Both the position numbers and the translations under genes were made by a program. The notes under the pieces were generated by a model, which was not told the origin of the DNA, searched no databases, and worked only from the letters and a program-made list of their open reading frames with translations. A stretch of 64,000 nt of DNA from an uncultured Acidobacteriota bacterium. Its GTDB lineage: Bacteria > Acidobacteriota > Polarisedimenticolia > J045. Where the stretch lies: assembly GCA_963702425.1 (NCBI GenBank), contig CAVPCQ010000006.1:256001-320000 (forward strand), given 5' to 3'. Positions 43,592-55,509 of the stretch are shown here, in pieces (the first letter of the stretch is position 1; every line of letters begins with the position of its first letter).

Positions 43592-43603
43592 TACCAGTAC
43601 GGC

Positions 43604-44287
43604 ATGGGGGATCTTCATCTACTCGTCGTCGACGACGACGATCTCGTCGCATGGGCCCTGGAGAAGGCCGCCGCGCAGCGTCACGCCGAGGTCTGCGTCG
43701 CCGCCACCGGCTCGGCCGCGCTCGCCAGGGTGCGGTCGGGCAGCTATGACCTGGCGTTCGTCGACATCCACCTCCCGGATGCGAACGGTCTCGACCTGTT
43801 GATCGAGATCCGCGACCTTTCGCCCGCCACCAAGATCGTCGTCCTCAGCTCGGACGCCACCCCGGGAAACCGCGAGTGCGCCTTCGCCCGCGGCGCGTGG
43901 CAGTTCATCGAGAAGCCCTTCGACCTTGCCGAGATCGCCCAGGTGCTGGGCGACTGCACGGGCCCGCTCGAAGAACGACGGGACGGCAAGCGGACCTTCT
44001 GCCGGCTGCCGATCCGGATCGACGTCGTGGACCCCCCAGCCGACCTGGCCTGCGCCGCCCCCTGCTCGTTCGAAGCGACGGCGACCGACCTCAGCGACGG
44101 CGGCCTCCGGATCCACACCGCCTTCGACCTGCAGCCCGGCCAATTCGTCCGGCTCCACGCGACGAAGACCGACGACCCCTCCGCGGTGATGCTGCGGACC
44201 GCGCGGGACGCGCAGGTCGTGTGGGTCGCGCCGGGAAGCCAGTTCCGGCTGGCGGGCCTCGCCTACACGGCCGACGCGCGCCCCTGA
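43604..44287 (+). CDS. Response regulator REC + PilZ domain
   Basis: LVVDDD, VDIHLPD, EKPF; PilZ RDGKR (RxxxR) and DLSDGG. Confidence 0.85.
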   Translation: MGDLHLLVVDDDDLVAWALEKAAAQRHAEVCVAATGSAALARVRSGSYDLAFVDIHLPDANGLDLLIEIRDLSPATKIVVLSSDATPGNRECAFARGAWQFIEKPFDLAEIAQVLGDCTGPLEERRDGKRTFCRLPIRIDVVDPPADLACAAPCSFEATATDLSDGGLRIHTAFDLQPGQFVRLHATKTDDPSAVMLRTARDAQVVWVAPGSQFRLAGLAYTADARP

Positions 44288-44321
44288 GCGCTTCCGTCGC
44301 GGGCTCCCCGGATGGTCTCCG

Positions 44322-45447
44322 TTAGTCGCCGTGGCACTTCGCGCAGAGCGGCTTCTGCCGGCCCCCGGCGGTCGTTTCGTAGGGGTTCGGGATCCGGTAC
44401 GAACCCGAGGCGATCCCCTCCTGGCTCCACAGCTCGATCTTGAAGTCCCACCGCCCCGACGCCGGCCCCGACGACGCGTGCGCGCGGTGGCACGACAGGC
44501 AGGTCACCCTCGCGGCGGAAGGGGTGGGGCCGCGTCGAGGCAGTCGTCAGCCCGGCCGCCTCGTAGGGCACGAGCGGCTCGTAGGATTCGCTCGCCACGC
44601 CGTCGCTGAACCCCGTCCCGCGGTAGGCGTTGTAGGTCCGGATCATCTCGGGTTCGAGAACCTCGTCGATCGGATGCACGAAGCTCGAGCCGCTCGCCTC
44701 GTCGTGGTAGCGGCCGTGGCAGTTCCCGCACCACGCGCTCATCCCGGCGCGGTAGGCGGTGTGGTTCGCCGGCGCCTCCGGCGTGCCGTCGAGATCGATC
44801 CCTGACGCATCGGGGGCGTCGGTCGTGAACTGGAAGACGTGGTTGTTCGCGCGGCTCGCATTGGAGTCGCGTCCGTACAGCAGGCGGAAGTGACCGAACT
44901 TGCCGTGCGGATCGTGACACGACGTACAGCCCATGGCCGCGGAGGGATAGCTGCCGCCCGGAGCGTTCGCGTGGAGCGAGTCGGCCGCCAGTCCGAAGTC
45001 GATCGAGACGAGATTGTGGCCCGCCGCGTCCCCGCGGATCCAGTTGCTCGGGACGGCGCCGCCCGGGCCGTCGTTCAGGTTGTCTTCGGTGAGGAAGATG
45101 AACGGCCCGCCACCGAATACACGGCCCGGCATCGTCGGGGACTGGCCCCAGCTGTTGCCGTTGCCCGTGCCGTGGCAGTTGAGGCAGATGTCGGTGGCGT
45201 TCGCGCCCTTCAGGAGGTAGTTCGTCGGGTTGAAGGCCTGCTGGGGATCGTGCATGGTGTGGCACCCGCCGCACGCCGCCACGCCGCCGGAGTGGAAGGC
45301 CGACGCCGGCTGGCTCGTCAGAGCGGCGAACGCAAGGAGCCCGGCGAGCCCCGCCTGGCCGGCCCATCCGGCGCAGAGGCCGCGAGTCGCACGCCGGATC
45401 GCCGCGCGCCTGCCGTTGACCAGCCTCGTCCGATCCGATCGCGCCAT
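44322..45447 (-). CDS. OmcS-like hexaheme c-type cytochrome, second paralog (frameshift near 44530)
   Basis: ASA|FHSGGVAACGGCHTMH; CLNCH, CTSCHDPHG, WCGNCH, CLSCHRAHAS, LCAKCH. Confidence 0.85.
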
Positions 45448-45472
45448 CGTGACTCTCCGTGCTTCGGGCCCG

Positions 45473-46875
<1,403 letters not shown>

Positions 46876-46879
<4 letters not shown>

Positions 46880-48328
46880 GATGCGCTCTCCACCCCCGAA
46901 GCCCGTGCCGGCACGCGGACAGTGAAGACCGCGCCGCCGCCCGGGTTCTCCCCGACGCGTAGGGTACCACCCTGCTGCTCGGTCAGCTGACGCGAGATCG
47001 CGAGCCCGAGGCCGGTCCCCTTCCCCTTGGTCGTGAAGAACGGTTCGAAGATCTTCTCGCGATGCTCCGGCGCGACGCCCTTCCCGGTGTCCGCCACCTC
47101 GATTCGAACCATACCCACCCGCATCCGCGCCCGTGCGCACCGTGAGCGTGCCGCCCGCCGGCATCGCTTCCAGGGCGTTGAGCAGCAGGTTCACCAGCAC
47201 CTGCTCGAGCTGCGCCGGATCGGCCACCGCCACCGCGCCCCCGGCCTGCTCCCGGACCAGCCGGACCGGACGCGGGTGGTCGGGCGAGAGGCGCGGGTCA
47301 CGGCCGTACAGCGACAGGCTCGACGAGATCAGCGCGTCGAGGTCCACCTCGGCCGGCTGCGGGCGGGGCGGCCGCGCGAAGGTCAGGAAGCTCTTCATCA
47401 GACTCTCGACCCGCCCGACCTCCTGTCGCACCTTCCGCGCCACGTCGCGGTTCTCTTCCGTCATCGACTCCTCGCCGGCCAGGATCTCCATCGCGACCTT
47501 GATCCCGGCGAGCGGATTCTTGATCTCGTGGGCCAGGCCCGCCGACAGCCGGCCGAGGACCGCCATCTGCTCCGCACGCTGACGCTCCAGGATGTGCTCC
47601 TTGAGCGCCGACGCCATGGTGTTGAAGGCCTCTCCCAGCTGCCCGAACTCGTCCGAGAGGCTGGCCACCCGGTGATCGAGGTCGCCCGCCGAGAGCTTGC
47701 GCGTCGATTCGAGCAGCGTGCCCAGCGGACGGGTGATCCCGCGCACGAAGACGAAGCCGAGGCCGATCGACACCAGCGGGCCGGCGGCGAGCAGGAGCAG
47801 CAGAACGTAGGTCGTCAGGCGGATGCTCGCCAGCGCCCGTTGCGTGCTGGACTCGAGCCGCGCCCCGGTCAGCGCGATCATCTCGCTGACCTGCTCGATC
47901 AGGTCCTCCCCGACCTGAAATGCGTTGTCGCTCTCCGCGCGCACCCGCTCCTCACCGGCCCGGACCGTGATCACGCGGCTGATCGCTTCCTGGTAGTCCG
48001 TCGTGCGGTGCTCCAGGTCCTCGAGGCGGGCCGTGGTCGCTTCGTCGTGGTGGCAGTCGGAGCAGGTGCGCATCACGTGGCCCATGCTCTGGACGTGCGA
48101 AACGACCGTGTCGGCGTCGCGCGCGAAGCGCGTCCCGCGCAGCGCCAGGTCGGTCTGTACGCGCCGGATCTGGATCAGGTAGTGCTCGCGGAGAATCTCG
48201 ACCTGGTGCAGCATGATCAGGTTGTCCAGCCGGCTCGTCGTGCTCCCGATCAGGTGCAGCACGTAGAGGCCGCCCCCCAGGAAAAGGATGGCGTAGATCG
48301 TCAGGCCGACGATGATCTTGGTCTTCAT
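46876..48328 (-). CDS. Sensor histidine kinase with periplasmic CxxCH heme motif and HAMP (frameshift near 47115)
   Basis: TM-periplasmic(CSDCH)-TM-HAMP; AHEIKNPL, NLLLNA, DTGKG, PFFTTK, GTGLGL. Confidence 0.9.
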
Positions 48329-49275
48329 CGGCTGGTGTCGTACTCGTAGCGATCGAGATCCAGTCCCGCCTCCTTGGCGAAGCGGTAGACCGGCTCGTAG
48401 TCCTCGTCCCGGGTCTCGATGAACTTCACGGCGCCCAGCCGCTCGAGGGCGCGCCGCCCTTCCGGTTCCTCGTGCATCGCCAGGAGGGCGTCGCGCAGCC
48501 GCGCCCGCAGCCCCGGGTCGAGGTCCCGCCGGAGCGCGAGGCCGTTCTCGGGGACGTCCGGGGAGCGCGCCAGGAAGTTCAACTCCGAGATGACGCGCGG
48601 GTCCTCGCCCGCCATCCGCTCGAGCACGCTGCTCTTGGCGGCGCCCGCGTCCGCCCGGCCGTCGAGCACGTCGCGGACGGCGTCCTCGTGCGTCCCCGTG
48701 AAGTAGGTCTCGCCGAGGAAGGTGCGGTAGTCCTTCACGCCGTTCTTCGCCAGGTAGTCCAGCGGGAGCAGGTAGCCGGCGGTGGTCGCCTGGTCGACGA
48801 AGGCGAAACGCTTGCCGCGCAGCCCCTCGGCATCGTGGATCCCGCTGTCGCGGCGCACGAGGATCACGCCGAAGTAGGTCGACCGGCCGTTCTGCATCAG
48901 GGGCCGGGCGATGACATCGACGTCGAGCCGGCGATGGGCCAGGGCATAGGTGAAGCTGCCGAAGAAGGCGCCATCCAGCCCGGCGGACTTGAAGTTGGAG
49001 ACGATGTTCCCGTAGCGCGCCAGGATCGTCAGCCGGATCTTCGTCCCGCTGCGGGCCGAGAGGTACGCGGCGAGCGGCTCGTAGCGCTCGAGCTGCCGGA
49101 AGATGTTCCGCTCGGGGAGCAGGCCGATCACCAGCTCGCGGCGCTCGGCGGCGGGTTTCGGCTCGTTCGGCGCCGGCAGCGGGGTCCCGTGCGCACCCGC
49201 GGGGATCGGGTCGCCCTTGCCACAGGACAGGGCCAGCACACCGACGACGAGCGATGCCATGCGCCGCCAGGTCAC
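48325..49275 (-). CDS. PhnD-like periplasmic substrate-binding lipoprotein
   Basis: Lipobox LALSC; YEPLAAYL, GKRFAFVDQATTAGYLLP, GTHEDAV; no ABC permease/ATPase nearby. Confidence 0.8.
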   Translation of the reverse strand: MTWRRMASLVVGVLALSCGKGDPIPAGAHGTPLPAPNEPKPAAERRELVIGLLPERNIFRQLERYEPLAAYLSARSGTKIRLTILARYGNIVSNFKSAGLDGAFFGSFTYALAHRRLDVDVIARPLMQNGRSTYFGVILVRRDSGIHDAEGLRGKRFAFVDQATTAGYLLPLDYLAKNGVKDYRTFLGETYFTGTHEDAVRDVLDGRADAGAAKSSVLERMAGEDPRVISELNFLARSPDVPENGLALRRDLDPGLRARLRDALLAMHEEPEGRRALERLGAVKFIETRDEDYEPVYRFAKEAGLDLDRYEYDTSR

Positions 49276-50244
49276 GCTGAGCCCTCCTTCGCGGTCCCGG
49301 ACCGCCGCCGGCCCGCGCCTGCCCTCCGTTGCCGGCCTACTGGCGCGATCAGAAAGACCTGGACGCGATTGTTGTTCCGGTCGGCGATGTAGATCATGCC
49401 GCTCGGATCGTAGGCGATCGCCGACGGGTAGCGCAGGAACCCCTCCCGCACCCCCATCGTCCCCTGGCGGCCCTGGAACGAGCCGTCCGGACCGAGGATC
49501 ACGACGCCGTCGCCGTACTGGTCGACGATGAACAGGTGTCCCGAGTCGGCGGCGGCCAGGCTGGTCGCGAACTCCAGCTCCTGCTCGAGCGAGCCGCCGA
49601 ATGGCGCCACCTCGGCCGAGCCCGTGCGCACGACGTAGGCCTGGTTCCCGAGGCTGTCGACGAGGTAGAGGTTCCCGCGCGGATCGACCGCGAGGTCCGA
49701 GAAGAACTCTTTCCCGGTGCGGCAACGCGATCTCTCGCGCGAGCTTCCCGGCGCCGTCGAGCACGATCACCCGAGGCACCGACACGTCCAGTACGAAGAG
49801 CTCGTCCTGCCGGTCGACGGTGAACCCGCGCACGGCCGGAGCGCCGGAGACCGGGAGCTCGACGAACCCCTTGAACGCCCCGTCCGGCGAGAGCCGCGCG
49901 ATGCGGCGCGACCGGCCATCGAGCACCAGCAGATCGCCCTTCGCGGTGAACTCGAGCCGCGTCGGGTAGGGCACCTCGGCGAGCGTGAACTCGGCGACCG
50001 GCTGGATCCCGTCGGCCGCCGCACGGAAGGTCACGATCCGCCCGGCTCCGGTGTCGGCGACGGCGATCGTCGATCCCGGTCCGAACGCCACCCCTTCCGG
50101 CGCGCTGAGGGCTGCTCCCTTGGAGTCGGTGTAGAGCGGGGGCTGCGCGCGCAGCTTCAGCCCACCCGCCGCCTGCGCCGAAAACCACGCCCCCGGCAGC
50201 GCCGCCGCCAGCGTCAACGACAGAACGAAGTCTCTCCGCCGCAC
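49272..50244 (-). CDS. NHL-repeat beta-propeller protein (frameshift near 49715)
   Basis: PEGVAF, VADTG, LRYPSAIAYD..IYIADRNNNRVQVF; MRRRDFVL Tat-like leader. Confidence 0.8.
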
Positions 50245-50248
50245 GGCC

Positions 50249-51520
50249 CTACCTCCTGAAGTCCTGGTGACAGGTGACGCAGAGGTCCATCTTCTTGTCC
50301 TGCCACGTGATGTACTTGTGCGCCGACCCGTGAGAGTCGTGGCAGCTCAGGCAATCGACACGCACGTTCTTGCTGCGCGGATCGACCACGTCCTTGCCGA
50401 TCGGGTGTGTCGAGTGTTCCTTCCAGTCGTGACAGGAGGCGCAGACGGCCGTCGAGTCCGCGGCGTTGAACAGCAGAACCGTGTTCGAACCGTGCGGTGC
50501 GTGGCAGGCGGAACAGTTCCCGTCGGCAACCGGTGCGTGCTTCGCGGTCGAGCCGAGCGCCTGTTTGACGGCGTCCGAGTGGCACGAGCCGCAGACCTTG
50601 ATCTCCGGACCCGCGAGCAGCTTCCCGGCCTTCGAGGCGTGGGGCCGGTGGCAATTGAGGCAGGCCTTCCGGTCGAGCACCGGCCAGTGGACGCGGTTCA
50701 GTCCCATGGTCTCGTTCACCAGCTCGCTGTGGCAACCGCGGCAGCCGTCGATCCCCGACTTCTTCACCTTGAGCGCGTCGGGCGAGGCGGCATCGAAGTG
50801 GCAGTTGGCGCACATCCGGTTGGCGACCGGCTGGTGGACGCTGGCCCAGAGGATCCCCTTCTGGCTCGAGCCGTGGGGATCGTGGCACGAGGCGCAGTCG
50901 GACTTGCCGACCGGGTAGTTCAGGTGCGCGGTCCGGAACGGCGCTGCGTCGGTCTTGTGGCACTCGACGCACAGCCCCGGGGTCGACTTCACCAGCAGAT
51001 GATCGGACTCCTTGGAACTGTGCGGGTTGTGGCAGCCGAGGCACGACTTGCTGACCGGGCCGTGCTTGAACGTCGCAGCCTCGACGGCCTTGCCAAGGTC
51101 GGCGTGACACTTGAAGCACAGGGCGGAACCGGAAGCCAGCAGTTGGTCCTTGCTCCCCGAGGCGTGGGGATCGTGGCACTTGGTGCACTGGCCGTCCACG
51201 GCGTCCTGGTGGGCGCTCTTCGCCCCCGCGGGGACGATGTCGGCGTGACAGGTCGCGCAGATCCGGTCCGGACTCTCCGCCAGCAGCTTGCCGTGCGAGG
51301 AAGCGTGCGGGCTGTGGCAGTCGCTGCACTCGCCGGCCCTGACCGGCGTGTGCACGAACGGCTGCTTCATCGTCTCCTGGAACTGCACGTGGCAGGACAG
51401 GCAGGCCTTGCCTTTCGCCCCGGGCTTCAGCTTGTACTTCGCCTCGTCGGTCTGACCCGCCGCCCCGGCCGCAGAGAGGGCCGCGAGGAGGACGAACGCG
51501 ACGATGAGTCGGGTCTTCAT
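50249..51520 (-). CDS. 16-heme c-type cytochrome (paired CxxCH repeats)
   Basis: Signal peptide; 16 CxxCH motifs counted; HxPV…CxxCHxPH…LL…CxxCH repeat. Confidence 0.93.
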   Translation of the reverse strand: MKTRLIVAFVLLAALSAAGAAGQTDEAKYKLKPGAKGKACLSCHVQFQETMKQPFVHTPVRAGECSDCHSPHASSHGKLLAESPDRICATCHADIVPAGAKSAHQDAVDGQCTKCHDPHASGSKDQLLASGSALCFKCHADLGKAVEAATFKHGPVSKSCLGCHNPHSSKESDHLLVKSTPGLCVECHKTDAAPFRTAHLNYPVGKSDCASCHDPHGSSQKGILWASVHQPVANRMCANCHFDAASPDALKVKKSGIDGCRGCHSELVNETMGLNRVHWPVLDRKACLNCHRPHASKAGKLLAGPEIKVCGSCHSDAVKQALGSTAKHAPVADGNCSACHAPHGSNTVLLFNAADSTAVCASCHDWKEHSTHPIGKDVVDPRSKNVRVDCLSCHDSHGSAHKYITWQDKKMDLCVTCHQDFRR

Positions 51521-51530
51521 GACTCGTCTC

Positions 51531-53504
51531 CTACCGCTTCGTCACGGTGTGGCACTCCTCGCAGGAGCCGCCGACGAAGGGAGCGTGGACCTCCGCCTGG
51601 AAGAGGTGCGGATCCTTCGAGGCGTGGGGGGCGTGGCAGCTGACGCAGTTCATCACCGCCGGGTCGATCGAGAGGTGCTTGTTGGCGAACGAAGCGTCCT
51701 TGACGTCGTGGCAGGTGGCGCAGAGCGTTCCCTGCGGCTCGGTGAGCAGCGCCGCCTGCGGACCCTCGTGGGGGCGGTGGCAGGTCTGGCAGTCGCTCTC
51801 GACGGGCGCGTGGACGGTGCCGGCCTTCATCGTCTCGGCGAGCGTCTTGTGGCACGACAGGCACAGGTCGGTGCCGGACGCGAGGAGCAGCTTCGGGAGC
51901 TTGGTCGCGTGGCCGCCGTGGCAGCCGGAGCACTGCCCGTCGGCGACCGGCTTGTGCTTGGCCCGGGCCGCCTTGACGGCATCGGTCACATCCGCGTGGC
52001 ACTCGCCGCAGACCTGGGTCTGGCCCGCCTTCATCAGGCCCGTGACGTTGGAAGCGTGGACCGCGTGGCAGGTGGCGCAGTCCCCGGCCTCGAACGGCGC
52101 GTGGACCGTCTGGCCCTCGGCCGGCTTCATCATCCCGCCGTGGCAGGTCGCGCAGAGGTCGGAGCCGGCCTTGACCAGCAGCTTCGGCTGCGCCGCGCCG
52201 TGAGCGGCGTGGCACGGCGAGCAGTTCCCGTTCATCACCGGCCCGTGGACGCTGGTCTTGGCGAAGTCGGCCTCGGCGTCGCTGTGGCAGCCGTAGCAGA
52301 CCCGGTCCTCGCGGTCGATCAGGAGGTGCGGCGCCTGCGAACCGTGGGGGTTGTGGCACGACGAGCACATCCCCTCCTGAAACGGCGTGTGCGCCACCTT
52401 GAAGGTCTCGGCCTTCTGCTTGCTGTGGCAGGGGTAGCAGAGCTCGGCGTCCTTGGCGAGCAGCAGCCCCTTCTCCTTCGCCGCGTGCGCACCGTGACAG
52501 GAGAGGCAGCCCTTCCCTTCGCCGACGGCCTTGTGCGCGACCGTCATCGACGCGGTCTGCTCCTTGTGACAGTCGGCGCAGAGCGCATTCCCGGACTTTC
52601 GGAGCAGGTCGGGAGCCTGCGAGGCGTGCGGATCGTGGCACGACGAGCACTTCCCGGCCGTGAACGGTGCGTGAACGATCTTCGCACCGCCGGTCAGCGT
52701 CGCTTCGTCGTGGCAGGTGGCACAGAGGGCCACGCCATCGCTCGTGACCGCGAACGGCTTGGCGTCCTTGGCGTCGGCGTGGCAAGCGCTACAGCTCCCC
52801 GACGCCACGGGATCGTGGGCGCTGACCTTCAGGAGACCCTTCTGCACCGAGGAGTGGGGGTCGTGGCAAAGCGAGCAGTCCGCGTTTTGAACCGGGTAGC
52901 CCTCGTGGGCCTTGCGGAACGGCTCCTTGCCGGCGTCGTGGCACTCGGCGCAGAGCTGCGCCTTCGGTTTGAGCAGCAGGTCCGGCTGGTCGGCGCTGTG
53001 GGAACCGTGGCACGCCGTGCAGCCCGTCGTCTCGAGCGGCGCGTGGACGACCGCCTGCTCGAACGGCTTGCGGTCGTGGCACTCGTAGCAGGCGGCCGCA
53101 CCCTGGGCCTTGAGCAGGTCCGCCCCCGCGCCGCCGTGCGGGTCGTGGCAGGCCGTGCACTTGGCCCGCTTCAGCGGGGTGTGCACGTGAGGCTTGCCGA
53201 GCCCCAGCGACTCCTTGGTGTGACACGATTCGCACAGGGCGTTCCCGTCCTTCTTGAGCAGCATCTTCGGAACCAGCCCGTGGCGGAGGTGGCAATCCTC
53301 GCACCGGCCTTCCTTCACGCCCGGGTGCGCGCTGGCGTAGGACTTCATCGTCTCGGCGAACTTCGAGTGGCAGTCGAGGCAACCCTTCTTCTCGACCTTC
53401 TTCTGGGCGAGCGCCGGCGGGGCGGAGAGCGCCGCCAACGTCAGGCCCGCGCAGAGCGCGAAAAGCGCGCGGGATGCCTTCGGGCCACGAGACTGAGGTC
53501 GCAT
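51531..53504 (-). CDS. 26-heme c-type cytochrome (paired CxxCH repeats)
   Basis: Signal peptide (…PALA|QKK); 26 CxxCH motifs counted. Confidence 0.93.
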   Translation of the reverse strand: MRPQSRGPKASRALFALCAGLTLAALSAPPALAQKKVEKKGCLDCHSKFAETMKSYASAHPGVKEGRCEDCHLRHGLVPKMLLKKDGNALCESCHTKESLGLGKPHVHTPLKRAKCTACHDPHGGAGADLLKAQGAAACYECHDRKPFEQAVVHAPLETTGCTACHGSHSADQPDLLLKPKAQLCAECHDAGKEPFRKAHEGYPVQNADCSLCHDPHSSVQKGLLKVSAHDPVASGSCSACHADAKDAKPFAVTSDGVALCATCHDEATLTGGAKIVHAPFTAGKCSSCHDPHASQAPDLLRKSGNALCADCHKEQTASMTVAHKAVGEGKGCLSCHGAHAAKEKGLLLAKDAELCYPCHSKQKAETFKVAHTPFQEGMCSSCHNPHGSQAPHLLIDREDRVCYGCHSDAEADFAKTSVHGPVMNGNCSPCHAAHGAAQPKLLVKAGSDLCATCHGGMMKPAEGQTVHAPFEAGDCATCHAVHASNVTGLMKAGQTQVCGECHADVTDAVKAARAKHKPVADGQCSGCHGGHATKLPKLLLASGTDLCLSCHKTLAETMKAGTVHAPVESDCQTCHRPHEGPQAALLTEPQGTLCATCHDVKDASFANKHLSIDPAVMNCVSCHAPHASKDPHLFQAEVHAPFVGGSCEECHTVTKR

Positions 53505-53706
53505 ACGGTGCTCCACCTCCGAACCCCTGGATCGCGAGATGATACCGGGTTGAATGAAGCCGTGCAGCAAGTTTGTTAGTTTCGCTTGTAACTAGAGTAA
53601 TCGCTCCCAACGCCAAGTCAACATCGGGTCCTGTCACCCTGCGGCGCGGCTCCGCAGTTCGTCCGGGCAGGAGGTGAAGATCAGGCGAACAATGCTGTCG
53701 GCTCGC

Positions 53707-55422
53707 TCAGCTGTCGCCCTGCAGGTCGCGCATGATCACCCGCTTGAGCTGATCGCCCGTGGCGAAAACCTCCACCTTCGAGGCCTTGCGCAGCGCCGCT
53801 GCGTTCGCGGCGATGGTCTTCGCGAGCTGCTCGGCGTACACCTTGTCCGCAACGACTTTCTTGACCGCGTTGAGTTCCTGGATCTTCGTGGGGCGGCGGT
53901 CCCGGAGGACGATGACCTCGAACGGTCCGCTCGCCGTCGCCTCGTAGAAGCGGTAGTCGCCCGAATTGGCCCCCTTGATCGCCTTCTCCGCCGCGTCCGG
54001 GAGGGTCGAGGTCACGACCAGTCCCTTCGGGAAGGACAACTCGTCCTGCTTTTCCTTCGGAACGCGCCCGGGCGCGTTGGCCTTCACCCAGTTCCAGTCG
54101 GCTCCCTTCTGGAGCTTCGCAAACGCGTCCTGGGCCTCGGCCCGGCCGCTGAAGACGAGCGCCTCGAGCTGCACCATCTCCGGCGTCGTGTAGTCCGCCT
54201 TGTGCGCGTCGTAGTAGGCCTTCAGGTCGTCCTCGGTGATCTTCACCTCGGGCAGGATCGCCCGCTTGACGTACAGCTCGAACAGGATCTGGTCGCCGCC
54301 GCGAGCCACACGCTCCTTGAACTCCGGTGTGTCGTCGATCTTCAGGACCTTTGCCTCGAGCGGAACGACCCGCCGGTTGATCACATCGTCGAGAACCGGG
54401 GCCTTCTCCGTGTTGACGTGTTTGGTCGAGTCCGACAGGGCCCTGTCGACGCCGTGGAAGAAGCGCCGCTCCATCCCCTTTCCCAGGTCGCCGACCGTCA
54501 CCGGGGCCTCCCCCTTGATCGTGGCCAGTGGCCGGGTGTCCTTGACCAGCTCGGCAATCGCCCCCTTCTTCTCGAAGTCGAGGGAGGCGAGCAGCTTCTC
54601 GTCGACCTTGGCGTACTTCGCGCGCAGCGCCGCAGAGTACCGCTTGATCGCCTCCTCGCGCTGGGACTCGAGAGCCTTCTCGCGCGCCGCCTCCCGGGCT
54701 TCCGGGTTCTCCGGGTACGCCACGGCAACGAAGTGGACGAACGCCCAGTCCTTCTCGCTCTGCATGATCGGCCCGGTCTGGCCCGGCTTCAGCAGGCCGA
54801 GCAGCTTGGCCACGCCCGGCACCAGTTCCGTCGCCTTGACCGCCTGCGCGGCCTCCGTCCCCTTGGCCTTTCCTGCGGCCATCGCCTGCCTGGCGAGTTT
54901 GAAGAAGTCGCCGCCGGCCTTGATCCCGGTCTCGAACTCCAGGGCGTCGATCTGCTTGGGGAAGGCAACCGAACCGATCGTGTACACGCGCACCAGGTCC
55001 TCGTAGAACTTCTCCACGCGCGCCGGATCGGGCTTGATGTTCTTCGTCTCGCGCTCGATGAGGATGTCGCGCATCACCGAGCTTTCGACGTTGCCGATCG
55101 CCGCGAGGTACTCCTCCTGTTCGTCAAAACCCGCAGTTCGCGCCTCCTGCGCGATCAGTTTGGCGGTGATCATGCGCTCCAGCAGTGCCGACGGGTCCTG
55201 TCCCATCGGTGCCGCCAGATCCGCTTCCATGTGGATCTTGGCGAGCTGACGCTCGACGTCGGCCAGCGGGATCGGCTCGCCGTTGACGACCGCCACCGCC
55301 TCGACCCCGTTGACCACGGGCAGGGGGGCGGATTTTGGACGTACCGGCGCGGGGGGCGCCGCGAGCGCCGGGACGAGCGAACCGAGAAAGAGCAGGCCGA
55401 ACGGGACCGAAGCGCGTCTCAT
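53707..55422 (-). CDS. SurA/PrsA-like periplasmic chaperone with parvulin-like domains
   Basis: VAVVNGEPIPLADV, LLERMITAKLIAQEA, DFFKLA, ITEDDLKAYYDAHK..YTTPE; duplicated architecture. Confidence 0.75.
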   Translation of the reverse strand: MRRASVPFGLLFLGSLVPALAAPPAPVRPKSAPLPVVNGVEAVAVVNGEPIPLADVERQLAKIHMEADLAAPMGQDPSALLERMITAKLIAQEARTAGFDEQEEYLAAIGNVESSVMRDILIERETKNIKPDPARVEKFYEDLVRVYTIGSVAFPKQIDALEFETGIKAGGDFFKLARQAMAAGKAKGTEAAQAVKATELVPGVAKLLGLLKPGQTGPIMQSEKDWAFVHFVAVAYPENPEAREAAREKALESQREEAIKRYSAALRAKYAKVDEKLLASLDFEKKGAIAELVKDTRPLATIKGEAPVTVGDLGKGMERRFFHGVDRALSDSTKHVNTEKAPVLDDVINRRVVPLEAKVLKIDDTPEFKERVARGGDQILFELYVKRAILPEVKITEDDLKAYYDAHKADYTTPEMVQLEALVFSGRAEAQDAFAKLQKGADWNWVKANAPGRVPKEKQDELSFPKGLVVTSTLPDAAEKAIKGANSGDYRFYEATASGPFEVIVLRDRRPTKIQELNAVKKVVADKVYAEQLAKTIAANAAALRKASKVEVFATGDQLKRVIMRDLQGDS

Positions 55423-55509
55423 GGAGGGTATCCCCTGCGCGGGGACCCCGTGGGACCCCGAAGATGAGAAGAAGATAACGGACGCGGAACGATCGCGCTG
55501 CCCCGGTGG

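Noticed and set aside
48325-50244. NHL-PhnD fusion (639-aa ORF)
   Set aside because: A frameshift near 49715 creates it. The PhnD-like protein has its own lipoprotein signal.
50249-53504. Periodic TGGCA/GTGGCA repeats as a CRISPR array or DNA repeat
   Set aside because: They are the reverse complement of Cys-His codons in repeated CxxCH motifs.
53540-53620. Third sigma54 promoter upstream of the 26-heme cytochrome
   Set aside because: TTGCT is present but there is no GG at the -24 position. Only AT-richness supports a promoter here.
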